A stretch of 64,000 bases of DNA from Raillietiella orientalis (lineage: Eukaryota). Positions within the stretch are counted from its first letter, which is position 1. Every line of letters starts with the position of its first letter. Made by a program: the position numbers and the translations under genes. The stretch spans positions 248,001 through 312,000 of the forward strand of contig JAYWIR010000056.1 in NCBI GenBank assembly GCA_036172245.1, read 5' to 3'. Of this stretch, positions 25,713 to 38,299 are shown piece after piece. The notes beneath the pieces were generated by a model. It was not told the origin of the DNA. It ran no database searches and saw nothing but the letters and a program-made list of their open reading frames with translations.

Positions 25713-26383
25713 CTGCAAAGAGGGAATCCGTTCCAGGAACTGAGTCTCCGGATGACCCCTTCCCCGCCAAAGAGCGTTTTCCAGCTGCCTCGCGCTCTCC
25801 CTTCACTTCCAAGGCGCCAATGCGGAGGGTTTGCGTCACAGGAGAGCACCACATTGCCCCTCCCTCCATCGGGAGCTCCGCCACCGCCACCCTGAGGCTC
25901 GGCCGCCATCGCCCTGGCTCTGCAGCTTCGCGGTCTCGGAGGGTCCAAAGGGGCATGCAGCCCACCGCCCTTCTTCCTGACACGCTGCCTGAGCCGAGGA
26001 TGTTGGCTCTGCAGTCGACCGGAAAAGCTTCGTATCTTCCCTTTCGAAGCGAGGAAGGAGGCGGACAGTCGGGGAGGAGGGAGGGAGGCGGAAAATTTTT
26101 TATTCCCTCGCTGCCGCTGGCCGCATGCAAGCGCACACGTCCTCGGGCATGCGGTCGGGACCCCGAGGGCAGCACCAGTCAAAAAGAGACAGCGCGGACA
26201 GAAGGGAAGTACGAGCAAAGAGGTGGGGGGGGGGATCCCGAACAGGCGCTGTGAGAGGAAAGGGTGAGAAGGAAGGGGAGAAGGAAGGAGTCATTTGGGG
26301 GAGCCGCTTGCAGGGAAAACCGATCCGACCCCTCCCTCCCCATGACCTGCTTTTTCTGACCCACAGCAAGGAAGGAGCTTTAC

Positions 26384-26513
26384 CTTCCGGAAATAGAGAC
26401 CAGAGCCTCTTCGTTTCCGGATGGATCTGCGCTCTTCGCGAGCCCCGTCAGGGCAGGTGGAAGTCGAAGAAAGGGGCGTTCTCACCCCACGGAAGACGGA
26501 GCAGAAAATACAC
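26384..26513 (-). CDS. PLEKHG7: Probable upstream exon of the PLEKHG7-like RhoGEF (..CIFCSVFRGVRTPLSSTSTCPDGAREERRSIRKRRGSGLYFRK)
   Basis: Acceptor gataccccag|G and donor AAG|gtaaag. The phase-0 donor joins in frame to the FDK.. exon. No recognisable domain, so less certain. Confidence 0.5.
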
Positions 26514-26999
26514 CTGGGGTATCGTGAAGACCCCTGGGACTGTCGCAGCCCTTGCTGCTTTCAAAGGATGCGCCCAGAAGTCGGGTCTAGCAGGATTTCG
26601 TAATGAAAATCTTGAAAGTCCCACCCCCCTTCCCCCACCTCCCAGTCACGGTCACCTGGCGCTCAGTGCGCAAGGAGGATTTCGTTCTGGGGTGTGGCCA
26701 CCGTGGAGGAAAAGGTGGACCGGCCACGCCGTGCCCCCGGAAAGCATACGGAAGGGGGGAGGCGAGGGGGATTGGAAATCATCCCCTATCCCGAGAGGAC
26801 CCCTCAAGAGTTACCGGTTCTCTACGGGTGGCCTTCGGAGCGGGAAGAATCACCTCGCGTCCCAACACCGGCGGCGCGGTGCGGCGGCCCGAAAGCGGAG
26901 TTCCGAGCAGGTGCCGGCGCCTCCCCCTCCCCCTCTCCCTCTGACCTACCTCCCGATGAGGTCGCTAGTCCTGTGTCTCGCTGTCCGAGCGGACAACCG

Positions 27000-29900
27000 G
27001 GGTCACCCCATCCCATCTCCCTCCGCCGCCGAGCTCGCTAGCACGGCAGAAGTGCAGCGGATACTCGGACCCTGCTGTCCCGGGCGAGCAAAAGCTCTCA
27101 GGAATCCCCGTTCTGCCCTCCTCTGTCGAAAGAGGAAGACGGGAACTCTGGAGAAGCCAGCAGGGACGCGGATGAGACTCAGTGGACAGCTGGTGGTGCC
27201 GTCACCGCGAGGACCCGCAGGTGCAAGGGAAGGAGGCGCGATGTCAGCTGAGACATCCCTTTCTCTGAAAGCGCCCGTTGTGCCTCTCCGCATCGCCCCC
27301 CTGGAGCTCGCAGCGGACCAATGATTCCATAGATCACTGGAGAGCCTAAGCAAAGTCTGTCTGACCGAAATGTTCATTTCTGCGAGGAAAGGGAGCCCCC
27401 CTCCCCTCCCCCCTCCGTCGACTGGCGCAGTATTGCCGCTTGGAGGCTCCAGCGCCCGGAAGCATGACCACCCCATCGGTGCGTGGGACTTCCACCTCCC
27501 CTTGCCTCTTCACAGAGTCGCCCGTCCTCTCAGAGTCTGAGACCTGGGGTCGTCAGGGGCGCTTCCGCGGCGTGGTTTCCGGGAATAAGGGGTGGTTGGC
27601 GAGGAGAAATGGGGAGAGGAGGATCGAGGAGGAGTGTTGTCCCCCTTGCTCTGTTGCGCAGGAGGAGCGCCCGCTCTATCTGCCCATTTCAGCGGATGTC
27701 AAGGGGAGCGAAACCCGGGAGCTTCCAGGAAAGGAACGCGTGCGTTGTAGGCGGGGACAGAGAGACACTCCCCTTGGAGAAGAGGGCAAACGGCTGATTG
27801 CAGGGGAGCGCGGAGGCTTCCCTCTGCCTTGGGCATAAGAAGGGAAATGCAGCCGGCCTGCCAGAAGGAGGCTGCAGCTCGCCTCCCGCCCGATCCTCCC
27901 GGTGCCAAGGACGTCCGCCGCCGACCTTCCTCCTCCTCCTTTTCCCACGCTCCTGGACGCTCTTAGCTGGAGAGGAACAGAGAGGGAGAGCTGCCGCCTC
28001 CAATCGCTTCTGGCAGTGGAGGTCACTCGCTTCGGGCACCGCCAGCAGCCGCCGCGCTGCAGCGACCGGCCTCTCGCGGACACCCACCATCCTGAAGAGG
28101 GGCCAGGTGATCTTCGTGTGCATCCTCCTCGAGTCCTGATCCAGGACCAGGTTCTCGATTGCGTGGTCCGCATCCCCTGAAACCAGAAAGACATACAGGT
28201 CAACGGTTTTGCAATCGAGGAACTGCTGGGGGTCAGGAGATCCACCTATGACTGCTGCCCCCCTTTGGACCCTTCCCGGAGTCTGCCGAGCGCAATCTTT
28301 CCTGAACAAACTGACCCCGTTCCCATCCTTGACTTGACCCCTCGGAGACCTGGAGTACAGGAGAGGAGAGGAGGGGCGGTACCCAGGTCATGAACGAGGA
28401 GAGGTCAGCTCGGATCACGCGGCCATCTCTCTCGTTGCTTCCGGACACCAGCATTCGGTAATGCAACCTCCCACTCTGTCCTTCCCTTCTTCTTGCTGGG
28501 GTAGCTTCTCCTTCCTCCTTCCTCCCTCCCTCGAAAGTCCATCCGTCTTCTCATCCAGTAGCGCCCCTGGAGGAGTCCATCTCAGTCCGCCCCTCCTCCC
28601 TCCCTCATCATCCCAGTCTCCGAAACGGACCTCTTCCGGCTCAAGGAGAGATTGGGAAGGGATCCGTGCTGTGAGAAGCCCGGAGGAACCCGATTGGGGG
28701 TTTAGAGGGGGGAGAGGGTCTGGAATTGGCGGCCTCTGCTTCCCTCTAGTGCGGGAGCTCAATGGAATCACTCCTGGGACGATCTTGGACCCTCTTCCCA
28801 TCCACCTCCTGGTCGGGAGCGAACCGCGCGTGCTGAGGGTGGATGCTCCCCGAGAGAGGATGGCGGGAAGCCGAATCCAGATAATCCAGAAGAACGAAGT
28901 CGAAATCCCGCGGAGATAAAATCGGAAAGGGGATGGGAAAAGCGGGATTCCCCTCGAGAAGCAGATGGGAAGGCTCCGGAGGGTCGGAAAGGGGATGGCT
29001 GCACCCAAGCTTGTCTTGAGCACTAGCGCATCTCCCAGTATTTCGTAGGGGAGCACGAGGAGGCATCCGGTCCTCTCCTGGACACAATCCACACCCTCTC
29101 ATTCCTCTCTCCTGGGAGAGATTCACGAGTAGGGAAAGCTCCGTTTCGGCTGGAGAGGGGTAAAGGAAGATGAGGGTCGCTTTCCTCCTCCCAGATGGTT
29201 CTCTCCGGAGGGACTCTATGAGATTGCCCGTAGGAAGAAGGAGTCCTCCCTGAGCCGATTGGAAGGCGAATTCCCGGGTCCCTGCCGTTCTCCATCAGCC
29301 AGATGCCGAACAGCTGCGGCTGCCGGGAGGCCATCACCCCGAAGGACACGCCGGTCACGTGAGCGCCTTCGATCGGATGGCGCTCCCGGCAGCATTGCCG
29401 CTGCGCGGACACCTGGCTGAAGAGGAGCGAGGCCTCTAAGTGGATTAGCCAGGGGAGGATAGGGGAGAAGAGTAGGTATCTTTTGCGGCCAGGGGCAACG
29501 TGAGCATTATCCCCCGGGACATAGTGCCTTCCACCAGAAGGGGAAGCGCGGAGAGAAAGACCGAGCGATCGGGCGCGCGGTGACGACTCCTCGTGGAGAC
29601 TCTTTCCAGAGGGATGCGGACCTTTGGGAATGCTCATCACGCAAGCTCTTGGAACTCCTCCGTCCCGATGCTCCCAGGCGCCGTCCCGATGCGGCGCCTG
29701 GAAAGGATGAGTTCCAGTGACCGCTGGACGCTCCCCTGCTGCGGGCGGACTCGTTAACCTCGAAGCCCGTGAGTCAAGGAGGAAGGAAGCGGGAGACTGG
29801 GAACGGCGCCAGTCTCCCTCTCGTGTCCCTGTTTCTTTCCCCGTTGAGCGCTACGGGATGACCTGGACTTACCTCCTCCGTGCTCGCGCGAGAGCATCCG

Positions 29901-30500
29901 GCTAATGCGCCCACGCTAAGCGTCCTCTCGGAAGAAAAAATTTTTGCCCGGTTTTCCTCCTTTCCTCCTATCCCCTCCGCTGATGCAGCGGGATCGTCGC
30001 GCCACCAACCCACATCGCCTGAGGATCGAGGCGAAAATGGACGCATGCTGAACGCTTAATCCCCGTCTCCCGCCAGACGCTCTTCCCTCTCCTTGATACT
30101 CAGGTAAGCACGCCATCGAGCGGACGCAACCTGTGCCCATCGATCCCCTTTTCTTTCCCTCCATTCGGGGCCATGCACTCTGGAGAAGCGGTCGGTGGCT
30201 CCCAGGCCTTCCCAGGATCTTTGGAGTTGGAAGATGTCCCCCTGAACGGCGCCCGTCCTGGTCGCGGGAGCGGCGCGGGTCAGGTCTCGGAGGACCACGG
30301 ATACTGTGAAGGAGCCACCAGTTAGCTCGAAAAATTCGGTCGTGTGGGATGCTGGAGTGGGCATCCGCATCCAAGTGGAGCGCCTCCTGCTTCGAGAGCG
30401 CGAATTCTTTTGTATGTCTCTTTTCCCCATTCGTTCGATTTTCCGCGGATCCCGTGACCAGTGCCTCCTTTTCGAGATCCCTCTTTGGAGTTCTCTGGAG
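27000..30500 (-). mobile_element. Degraded GC-rich LINE (ORF1 and endonuclease)
   Basis: ASRQPQLFGIW (~29300-29330, GQPxxC-like), DFDFVLLD (~28885), ERDGRVIRAD (~28405-28435), VFLVSGDADH (~28165-28195, GGDFN-like) in the expected order. Confidence 0.45.
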
Positions 30501-31799
30501 CCTCCACGAAGCCGACGCCAACGGGAATCCACTTGCCCCCATCCCTCCCCCTCCTCAGCTGGGGAGGGCGATTTTCCTCTGGCGCTCGAGGCCTCTGCTT
30601 AGCGACCAGGAACCCGCTCTCTTCGCGACGGACACAGAGCATGCACCACGGCTCGATCCATACCGTATGGCTGCGAGTTGAGCTCGGCTGCCACTTTCGA
30701 GTAGACCAGTAGATCCCCAGGGCAGATCTGCATTGGTGGTATGACGACGATCGACTTCCTTTTGCTAAGATCCGCAGCAGCGCAGAGAGACATGCTGAAA
30801 GACAAGAAGAGTGTTGTGGCTGGATCGGTTTGGAAGCGAAAGATGCTCGTCCTTCAAATCTCGCATTCCCGTCAGCTTTCATGGGCGGTGCGCCGGCCGC
30901 CGCGCGCTTCGAACCGATCAGAAGTAGGGATGGCATTTCTCTCGTTCAAGGAGAGGGATGCCCATGAGATTCAGCTGACTCCCCTGAGATGACAGCCGAA
31001 TTCCGAACGCCACCTTCCCTCCATGGCATGGGGGCAGCCATTTACTTCCCTGTGGATGACATCCACATAGAGTACGTCCGGTACGCAAGGAGCTCTAAGG
31101 GTTCGTGCACTACATCGTGTCTTCCCTGATGGTGTGGCGTTGGCATGCGTGTGTGCGTGGACTTCTGAATGATGCTAAAGAGTAAGGAAACTCGGAGAAA
31201 CGCCACAGGACAAAACGCACTCAGGTGAGGTGGATGGTGACGATGCAGTGGACGGCAAGCGGAGAGCAACATTTTCGAACCAATCAGTTTACGCTGTTAG
31301 CAGGGGGACTGGAACGATCCCATAGTTCCTCTGGAAACTTTACATCCCATGGAAATTGCCGAGTTCCCAGCTGCGCCACGTAACCATAACCTTACTTTAG
31401 AGGGAAACCAAGCATTCTTTTGTTCTATGGGGGAACTTTCCCTCAAGACCAATTCGATCCGAAAATGATCCACAGGATGCAGCATCTGGCTTCTTACCTC
31501 AGGAGTCTCTAAATGAGGACATCACATTCGGGAGTTCAGAAGCATTCTTTCTGATTCAGCAAGCAACTGGTAAGAGACCCGTCGCTTCGCTTCCAGAATT
31601 CAGAAAAGAATCCTCACTTGCATTAGACATGATCCGTGGCTCCATCGGTCATGTCCAAGAGCGTAAAGCGGCATTTTACAGTGGTGACAGTCATCAATCA
31701 TCCTTTTCTGGTCACCTTACGCCGATGACATCACGATGCGCCACCCATGAGGAAATCAACGTTCAACTCGTCTTTCTAGTTAAGACACGTCTCTTTGAA

Positions 31800-34700
31800 G
31801 TTGTTTCGCTTCCTGAACGGGAAAGTCACCCTCTTGTTCCAACTCCAAATTTTCCTCGGCACGAATTGGAGGCACGGCACGGCCCTGCGAAACGAAGAGG
31901 CTTCTTTTCCCCCTCTCTTCTTCCAGGCAGGAGTGAAATTCAGGCAGGACGTGCGGCGATCTTGCGCTTCCGGTTTCCCCTCTCAGTGAGATCTGCGGCT
32001 GGTCGCAGCGCGAGCTGATGTGCCCTTTCCTCTGTATGAAGCTTTCACGAGTTCGATGTCAACACCCAGCCACGAGCTTGGCCGCTTCACTTCAGCATGA
32101 GAGTAGGTTCCTCTTACGCAGAAGGGACCATCCATCACTCTCAAGATGAGCACATGCACACTGACTGCACAATTTTTCATCAGGTGTTCCACTCCGTCCG
32201 CAGAAGTCCCTGAGAAGGTCCTAAATGGTTGTCCCCCAATTAGCATCAATTTGTTTCAGACACGGAATCAGTGGGTCTGCTCCGTCATCCCCCTCCCCAG
32301 TCAGCAGTAGCTCGTGGATGTTTGTTGTTTGGAGAACCTCGTGCTTGTAGGACCCCGCAGAATGCTCCGACACCCCTCACACTTGAACCCCTAACTAAGA
32401 TCCTTTAACGGCTACTCCGAAGAACTCTCCGAAGGATGCCCCCTTATTGGGCAAGAGAATCCTTTTGGATTTTGCAGCTTCTTTTGGAATTCGAAACGAT
32501 TTTCGACTCAGACCCACCTGCTGCAATCGAACCTTGTCCAAAAAATTCTCCCAGTGGGAAGCTCAGAAGGAAGGGAAGGCGGGGGGGATGGAGAGAGAAG
32601 CTGCATCTTAAGGAAGAGAGAATGATCGTATTTCCAAGGATACGAATCTTGCATCATTGAGGGATGTCGACTCACGCTCTGTTTGCATAAAATGAAAGGT
32701 TGATCGCTACATTAAAACATCGATGTGCCACGAGATCTCCCTCCTGATGTCTGCAATTCTTTTCTTAAAGACATTTACAAATGAAAGCCCCTCCTGAAGC
32801 TTGTTTGATGGAAACGCTGTGCTCTTTTCCAGAAGAGTCTTGTTGCATGCTGATCAATATTCCCAAATCGATTTTCAGTGATCGGAAGGAAATCTTTGAT
32901 GCTGTGATATCCTCCCGAACAAATGTATTTGTTTTGTCTGCTATTTTTGTCATCACCAACGGCAGATGGAACCGCATGCATTCTGCGTTTCGTAGAACAT
33001 GTTGGCTTCGTCCTCTAAAGGCGTCCCACAATGTGGGAATCCTCCTTCCAGAGACTCGTACTCTACTCTGCTTGCATCCAAACTCTGCCAGAGTTGCAGA
33101 TACAACGCAGGGTCAGGATCAACGCAAAAGAGCTTACTGGATTACTGAGATGATGCTGCGCGCATCTGCACTCTCACATTCATCCAATTGATGGATTCGA
33201 TCATCTCCAGTGATCTGAGTTTGGATTTGAAATTTCCTATGTATTCAGAGACGAGATCTCTGGAAGTTGGGACGTGCCTTCCCATAGAGAAAAGAGCATC
33301 CATCTTGAACAGAATCCTGCATTTCGAAAGATTCTTCTGTGATCAGTTTTCAGATTTCCTCGAAGATTCTCGTCCTAGGAACCTCTTCTTAAGCATCGAG
33401 TAGGTTAGTAGATCTCATCTCAGTAACTCGACTGCCTTGACCGGGCTTCGATCCCTGCATCTGCGTGTCCGTTTCCAAGGTCCTATATCTGAGACCCTCT
33501 TCCAGACACAAGCCTGTCGCTCTTTTGAATTTTCCTCTAAGCATTGCTGAGTGCAGGCTCTGCAGTCACAAGATTTCCTTATGTTCTTCCTGAAAGACAG
33601 ACTTCGGTGTGAAAATTCCAAATGGCCTCTCTGGAGTGCTCCAGGGACCCAGCGGATAGCCCTCGGATACCCATGGAGAGCCATGCTGCTTCCCATGGAG
33701 ATTTGAAAGTGCCACAGAATCTTCGTACGCAACAGATTTTCCATGCAACCTCAAGTCTACATGGCAGAGTTCTCCAGAGGTCTAAGGTGTCCTCTGGACG
33801 GCGGTACGCGAGGGACCCCTCCGTGTTAAGAGTGCTGAGATACCACAACTTGACAATCATTCCATCCAGATTTTCCTTGAAGCTGCGTGTATGGGCAGTC
33901 CTTCCCTTTCAGTCCCTGGCTTATCCCAAGAGTTATCCAAGGAAAGGAAAGGGAAATTAACGGTTCCGGATGGAGACTAGGTGAGCGGAAAAATGGATCG
34001 AAAGAGATTTGAAAAGCAGTGAATAACGGAGAAGCATGAATGTGTCGAAGTACAGCGTCGAAACGGTCCAGAGCGTAGAAATAAATCAGAAGACACGTTC
34101 CCAGGTGACCTATTTTCTTCCCACTCGACGAAAGCATTTGGGAAGCAGCAAAAAATGGAAAAGCAAAAAAGCACAAGAAGAGAACAAAAAAAAAAAAAAA
34201 GTGACCCCCTGGCTTTGACCCCATTATTGTTCACTCTTCCTCGCTTGAAAATGGTGACATCATTGGTTAAACCAGCTCAAAAAAACTAGAATCCCGCCTA
34301 CTTTCCCAGCTTCCATTGCCGGCGACCACAATCTCTTCTTCAACTCAGGGAATTCTAACGCGATCCCCTGTTCTAGCGTGCAGCCCCGCTCAACCTCCCT
34401 TCTTCCCCGTCAGTCGCTCGACGAAGACCAATAAAACGACCGATGAATTCGATGGTCCCTTCCTATTTCTGTGGCTAGTGCCGCTCGACAGAGGTGGCAG
34501 CATAGATGGGGAAGTGGTCAGTTCAGTGGCGTGGCGTGTTTCTTGCACGGTGAGACATCCCTTGCGTCCTTTAGGCTGCTTGTCTTTCCGATTCGCACTT
34601 GCGGCATCGGGTGATGATGTTGCGTTCCTCCGAAAACGAAGATGCACTTAGCACGGACCTCGAGATCTCCAAAAACAAGTTTTCTTGAAGCGTTTATCAC

Positions 34701-37000
34701 ATTCATCAGCAGGGAGTTGATCTCAGGAGGATCTGAGAGCGTCTACTGTTTTCATCGGAAGACGCTCAGAGCGAAGTTCCCTGTGGCTTGCTCAAGAAAC
34801 GGGCTGGAAAAGAAGCTTTTCGTCGAGATCTGCCGCTGATCCAATTGCAGGCAAACATCTTCCTTGCGAGTTGTGACGTCATCGGAAAAGAGCGTGCCGA
34901 AAGACCAAGTAGCACATGTTTCCTATTCCAGCTTTCCGGAAGAGCAGTAAAGCATCAGCTCTGCTTGTGTCGTAGAAATCGCTCTGCTGCCCAATGAGGT
35001 ATGCCGCTTGCCTCATTTGATTCGGCATCTGCGCTTTGTAGCTTCTACTCGAATCGTCTGGGCAGTCCGCGCTTGGTTCAGATGCTGCGCACGGTGGATC
35101 CGTCCCGTTGAAGACAGCGCTCGACAGAGGTAGCAGCATAGATGGGGAGGTGGTCAGTTCAGCGTGGCGTGTTTCTTGCACGGGGGGACAGCAAATGCGA
35201 ATTTAAATGTGGGAGGATGCTGTTCGTGCCAGTCACTGAGGATGCAGTCACTTTTTCTGCCACAGGTTTTCCTAGCCACCAAGCAGGCATGCGCGAGGTC
35301 AGTATCTTGGACTCGGTTGCTAAGAAGCCGATCCATCCAAACGTTGAATAGGATTTTGGTCGCACTTGTTGCTCTCGAGAGAGCTTGACAATTTTCATGA
35401 GAAGTTCCTGAAGAGAGGGCATGAAATCTGCAGAGGGTCGTGCACTTTGTTAAGGCTGCTGGACACGGGAGGGGGAGAGACCGTCTTTGTCACGTGAGAG
35501 TATGAGAACTGTTATCCGTCCCCTGATGGCTGCTCAGCCATGCTTTTATCTGCGGTGAGGCGCCGCTGGTTGTACGCCAACGCTACCATCAACTCATGAC
35601 CTCAAAGGTGATACTTAAGCAAATCACAAAGGGCAGAAGCATCGAGAAGAGCGTTTCTGAATTCAGGGATCAGGATAGATTTCGAAACAACGAGGATTGG
35701 CCTGAAAGACCTCTGGCAGAGCACAAGCCCTTGGTTACAAGGCATGGTTAGAAGAGAGTCGGCTGGCAAATTCTCTTGATAGGAGCGAGAAGACTTCCAG
35801 AAATGCCGACCGGGTCCTGAACTGGCACGTTCGAAAGACGGAAGTCAATGGAAGTCAAGGAAGACAGAAGGAAACTGGCAGAAAGGCTTCGGCATTCGAT
35901 CTCCTTCTGAACGCATTGCCCAAACTGAGCTTTTTTGCCACCTTAGAAACATCACTGTTAGAGAAACTGGAGACAAAGTGCATCCTCCCATACTAGAGGA
36001 AGTCGGAGCGTAGCAGATATGGATTCGAAGGTAGCAGTCGAAGCCACATTTGGCAGAAACCCTAAACGATAAGGAAACTCTGCAATGATTCCTTCCGGTC
36101 GCTTATTCAAGAAGAATCTTAAATGTCCGAAATGTCCAGAGAATCCAAAACTCATCCTAGACGAATGAAATCTCTCTGTAGAGGTTTCTCTGAAGAGGGG
36201 CAAGGAGACTTCCTCAGAAAAGACTTTGAGTGGTCCAGCCACGCGCTTTCGAGCGGATCAAATTCGAACAGTTCACGAGAAGATTTGCCGAATTCCCTTG
36301 CACTAAGAGAAAGTGGCAGTGGACCTTCATGCTCCAATGTACCACCACACATTACCATGACTACAAGAGTGATCGTGCATCATTAAAATAGTAGATATTG
36401 CATATCCCAACCACTCAACATCTGGGATGGTCACACAGCAGTGGGATTACATCGGAGGATTCCCACATCCCAGTGTCAAAATTCCCAGATGTGAGAGAAC
36501 CTATGGGAGGACGGGGGATCGGAAAGCAACGATGCTTCGGGAGCAGCCGCTTACTAGACCAACGAAGATACTACACTACGAAGATGGTGCGTATGAAAAG
36601 GAGATTCTTCTGCAGCGAAAGAAAGCACCAGTCAGAACTTGGGAACCCTAACAAAAACGGATGAGAGGCTTCCTGCATCAGGATGCTCATCGGAAGCCCA
36701 GAGTCAGTTCCGTAGCATCGCTATGTTGCCAGGACGAAAACTCCGATTGCATGCGACTTCTGGGAGAGACATCCTGACCACTAGGACATGCGTCTCTTGT
36801 CGATCATGTACTCCCCTCTTCCATTATGCCAATGGGATTCCGACGAACATCTTGTAACAGAAACACCCTGAAGCTCGTATCAGCACCCTTATGGGTTGGT
36901 CTCGTCGTTCACGCATTCCACTTTCCTCCAACAGAACGTTAGGAGGAGAAAATGGTCGAGACTTGTACAGCCTTCCTCTTCCTCCTCATTCCTTCTTTAT
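31800..37000 (-). mobile_element. Near-complete degraded L1/Tx1-like ORF2 (EN-RT-zinc finger) with an internal ~1 kb insertion
   Basis: Ordered motifs: QETH (36788-36799), CNIY (~36395), TERFH..FSGH (~36135-36180), DKDGL (~35480), IGFLATESKILT (~35300-35335), SQGLKGKDCP (~33895-33925), VAYEDSV (33713-33733, YADD-like), FKRATGL (33510-33530), DGVEHLMKNC (~32170-32200). Confidence 0.7.
34482..35183 (+). repeat. ~67-bp direct repeat pair (34482-34550 and 35118-35183)
   Basis: cgctcgacagaggtrgcagcatagatggggargtggtcagttcag(tgg)cgtggcgtgtttcttgcacgg occurs twice. Confidence 0.9.
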
Positions 37001-38299
37001 CTTGTTATTACTCTACTTTTTTTAGGTCTTGTGTGCCGACTTTATCGAGGATCGTTTCCCGAATAAACAAATCGCTTCTATCCCGTTTTTTCGAAGTCTG
37101 ATCCAGAAAGGAAAGTGCACCGGGAACACAACGTCCGCTGAGTCTCAAGACAGAAAGCAACAGATAAGAAGTACCTGATGAGCGGGAAGACACAAGTAAT
37201 CCGATTAGGGGAGAGGGAAAACTCCTGTTCCCTATTGACTAAAGAAGAAGCATCCCCGTAGCAACGCACTCGCAGCATCGGAGGATCACACGCAGATCCT
37301 TCGGCGTCTTTCTGCTGAGAGTCCGAGGCCGTGCTCGAGAGATCACGCGCAGCGGCTCTATTTTCGCAGGGATGGACGCCGGTAGACCGAATGTTTTGGA
37401 CCATCTCTCCGGCGAAGAAGAGGGAAGAGGAAGAAGGGCGAAGATCAGACCGTACCGTGGCTTCATTACTGCCGTGTCATCCCATTCCGGGACATCATTG
37501 GAGTCACGGCCTTAGCTGCGTCGCGCTTGCTGCTTTCCGACGGACAGACGACTTTCTTTCCCTCTAAGACGCTCATTGTGGAGCTCTGAGGTCCTTGCAA
37601 AGTCCCCCACGCTCGACTCGACTTCGCGGATCAGGAAGAAATCGGCGCAGACTTCATGCTCGCCCGGTGATTAGTGACTGCGGAGTCCAGTAAGAGGAGG
37701 AGAAGGCGCTCTCTCAGGCTCAGGACTACTGCCTCCTCACGCGCTTCCGCCACTCCGAGCTCTGGCAGGTCCCCGGAATCCCGCCATCCTCCCCTGCCGC
37801 CTGCTTCTCGGGGTCAGGGAATTCCCTGCTCCGAGATCGGCAGACGGGAAGGGAACTCGAGTGCCACGCGGTAGCGAGCCCTAGCGAAGCCCCCGATCCG
37901 TAAGATGGAGACCCCTAGGGAACTGGGGCAAGTCTCATTCAGTCCAAACCTTTTCTGCCGGTTCTCAGGGCTGGAGTTGGCGTAGACGTCTGTCAGCACC
38001 CTGGCGGAGACGATGGCAGACCTTCTGGTCAGGACGGTTGCTGGAGGCGATGCCTCGTTGTCCGACTCGTTCTCCTCGGCGATGGAAAATGCCTTCCAAA
38101 TCTCCTCCTCAGGCTGCAAGAAATGGAAATGTGGATGGACGTAGGTGGGTGCGCATGCGGAAGCCGAGAGCAACATGGATTGCTCTTCTCCTCCGAGGAG
38201 CAGGGCTTGGCACGCAGGGACTCGACCTCTCCCTCCCCGCCCTAGTGAGCCCCCTGCGATCTCACGAGAGCGAGGTGGGGCGGAGGCATTCAGTCTCGT

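Noticed and set aside
26125..27324. 399-aa plus-strand ORF, the longest in the track
   Set aside because: Low-complexity R/G/P-rich translation with no motif, antisense to the gene in GC-rich DNA where stops are rare.
27924..28176. Exon-like stretch (tttcag|GGGATGCG.. DADHAIENLVLD) as a RhoGEF 5' exon
   Set aside because: Better explained as LINE endonuclease debris (GDFN-like motif after DGRVI), and no phase-compatible partner exon was found.
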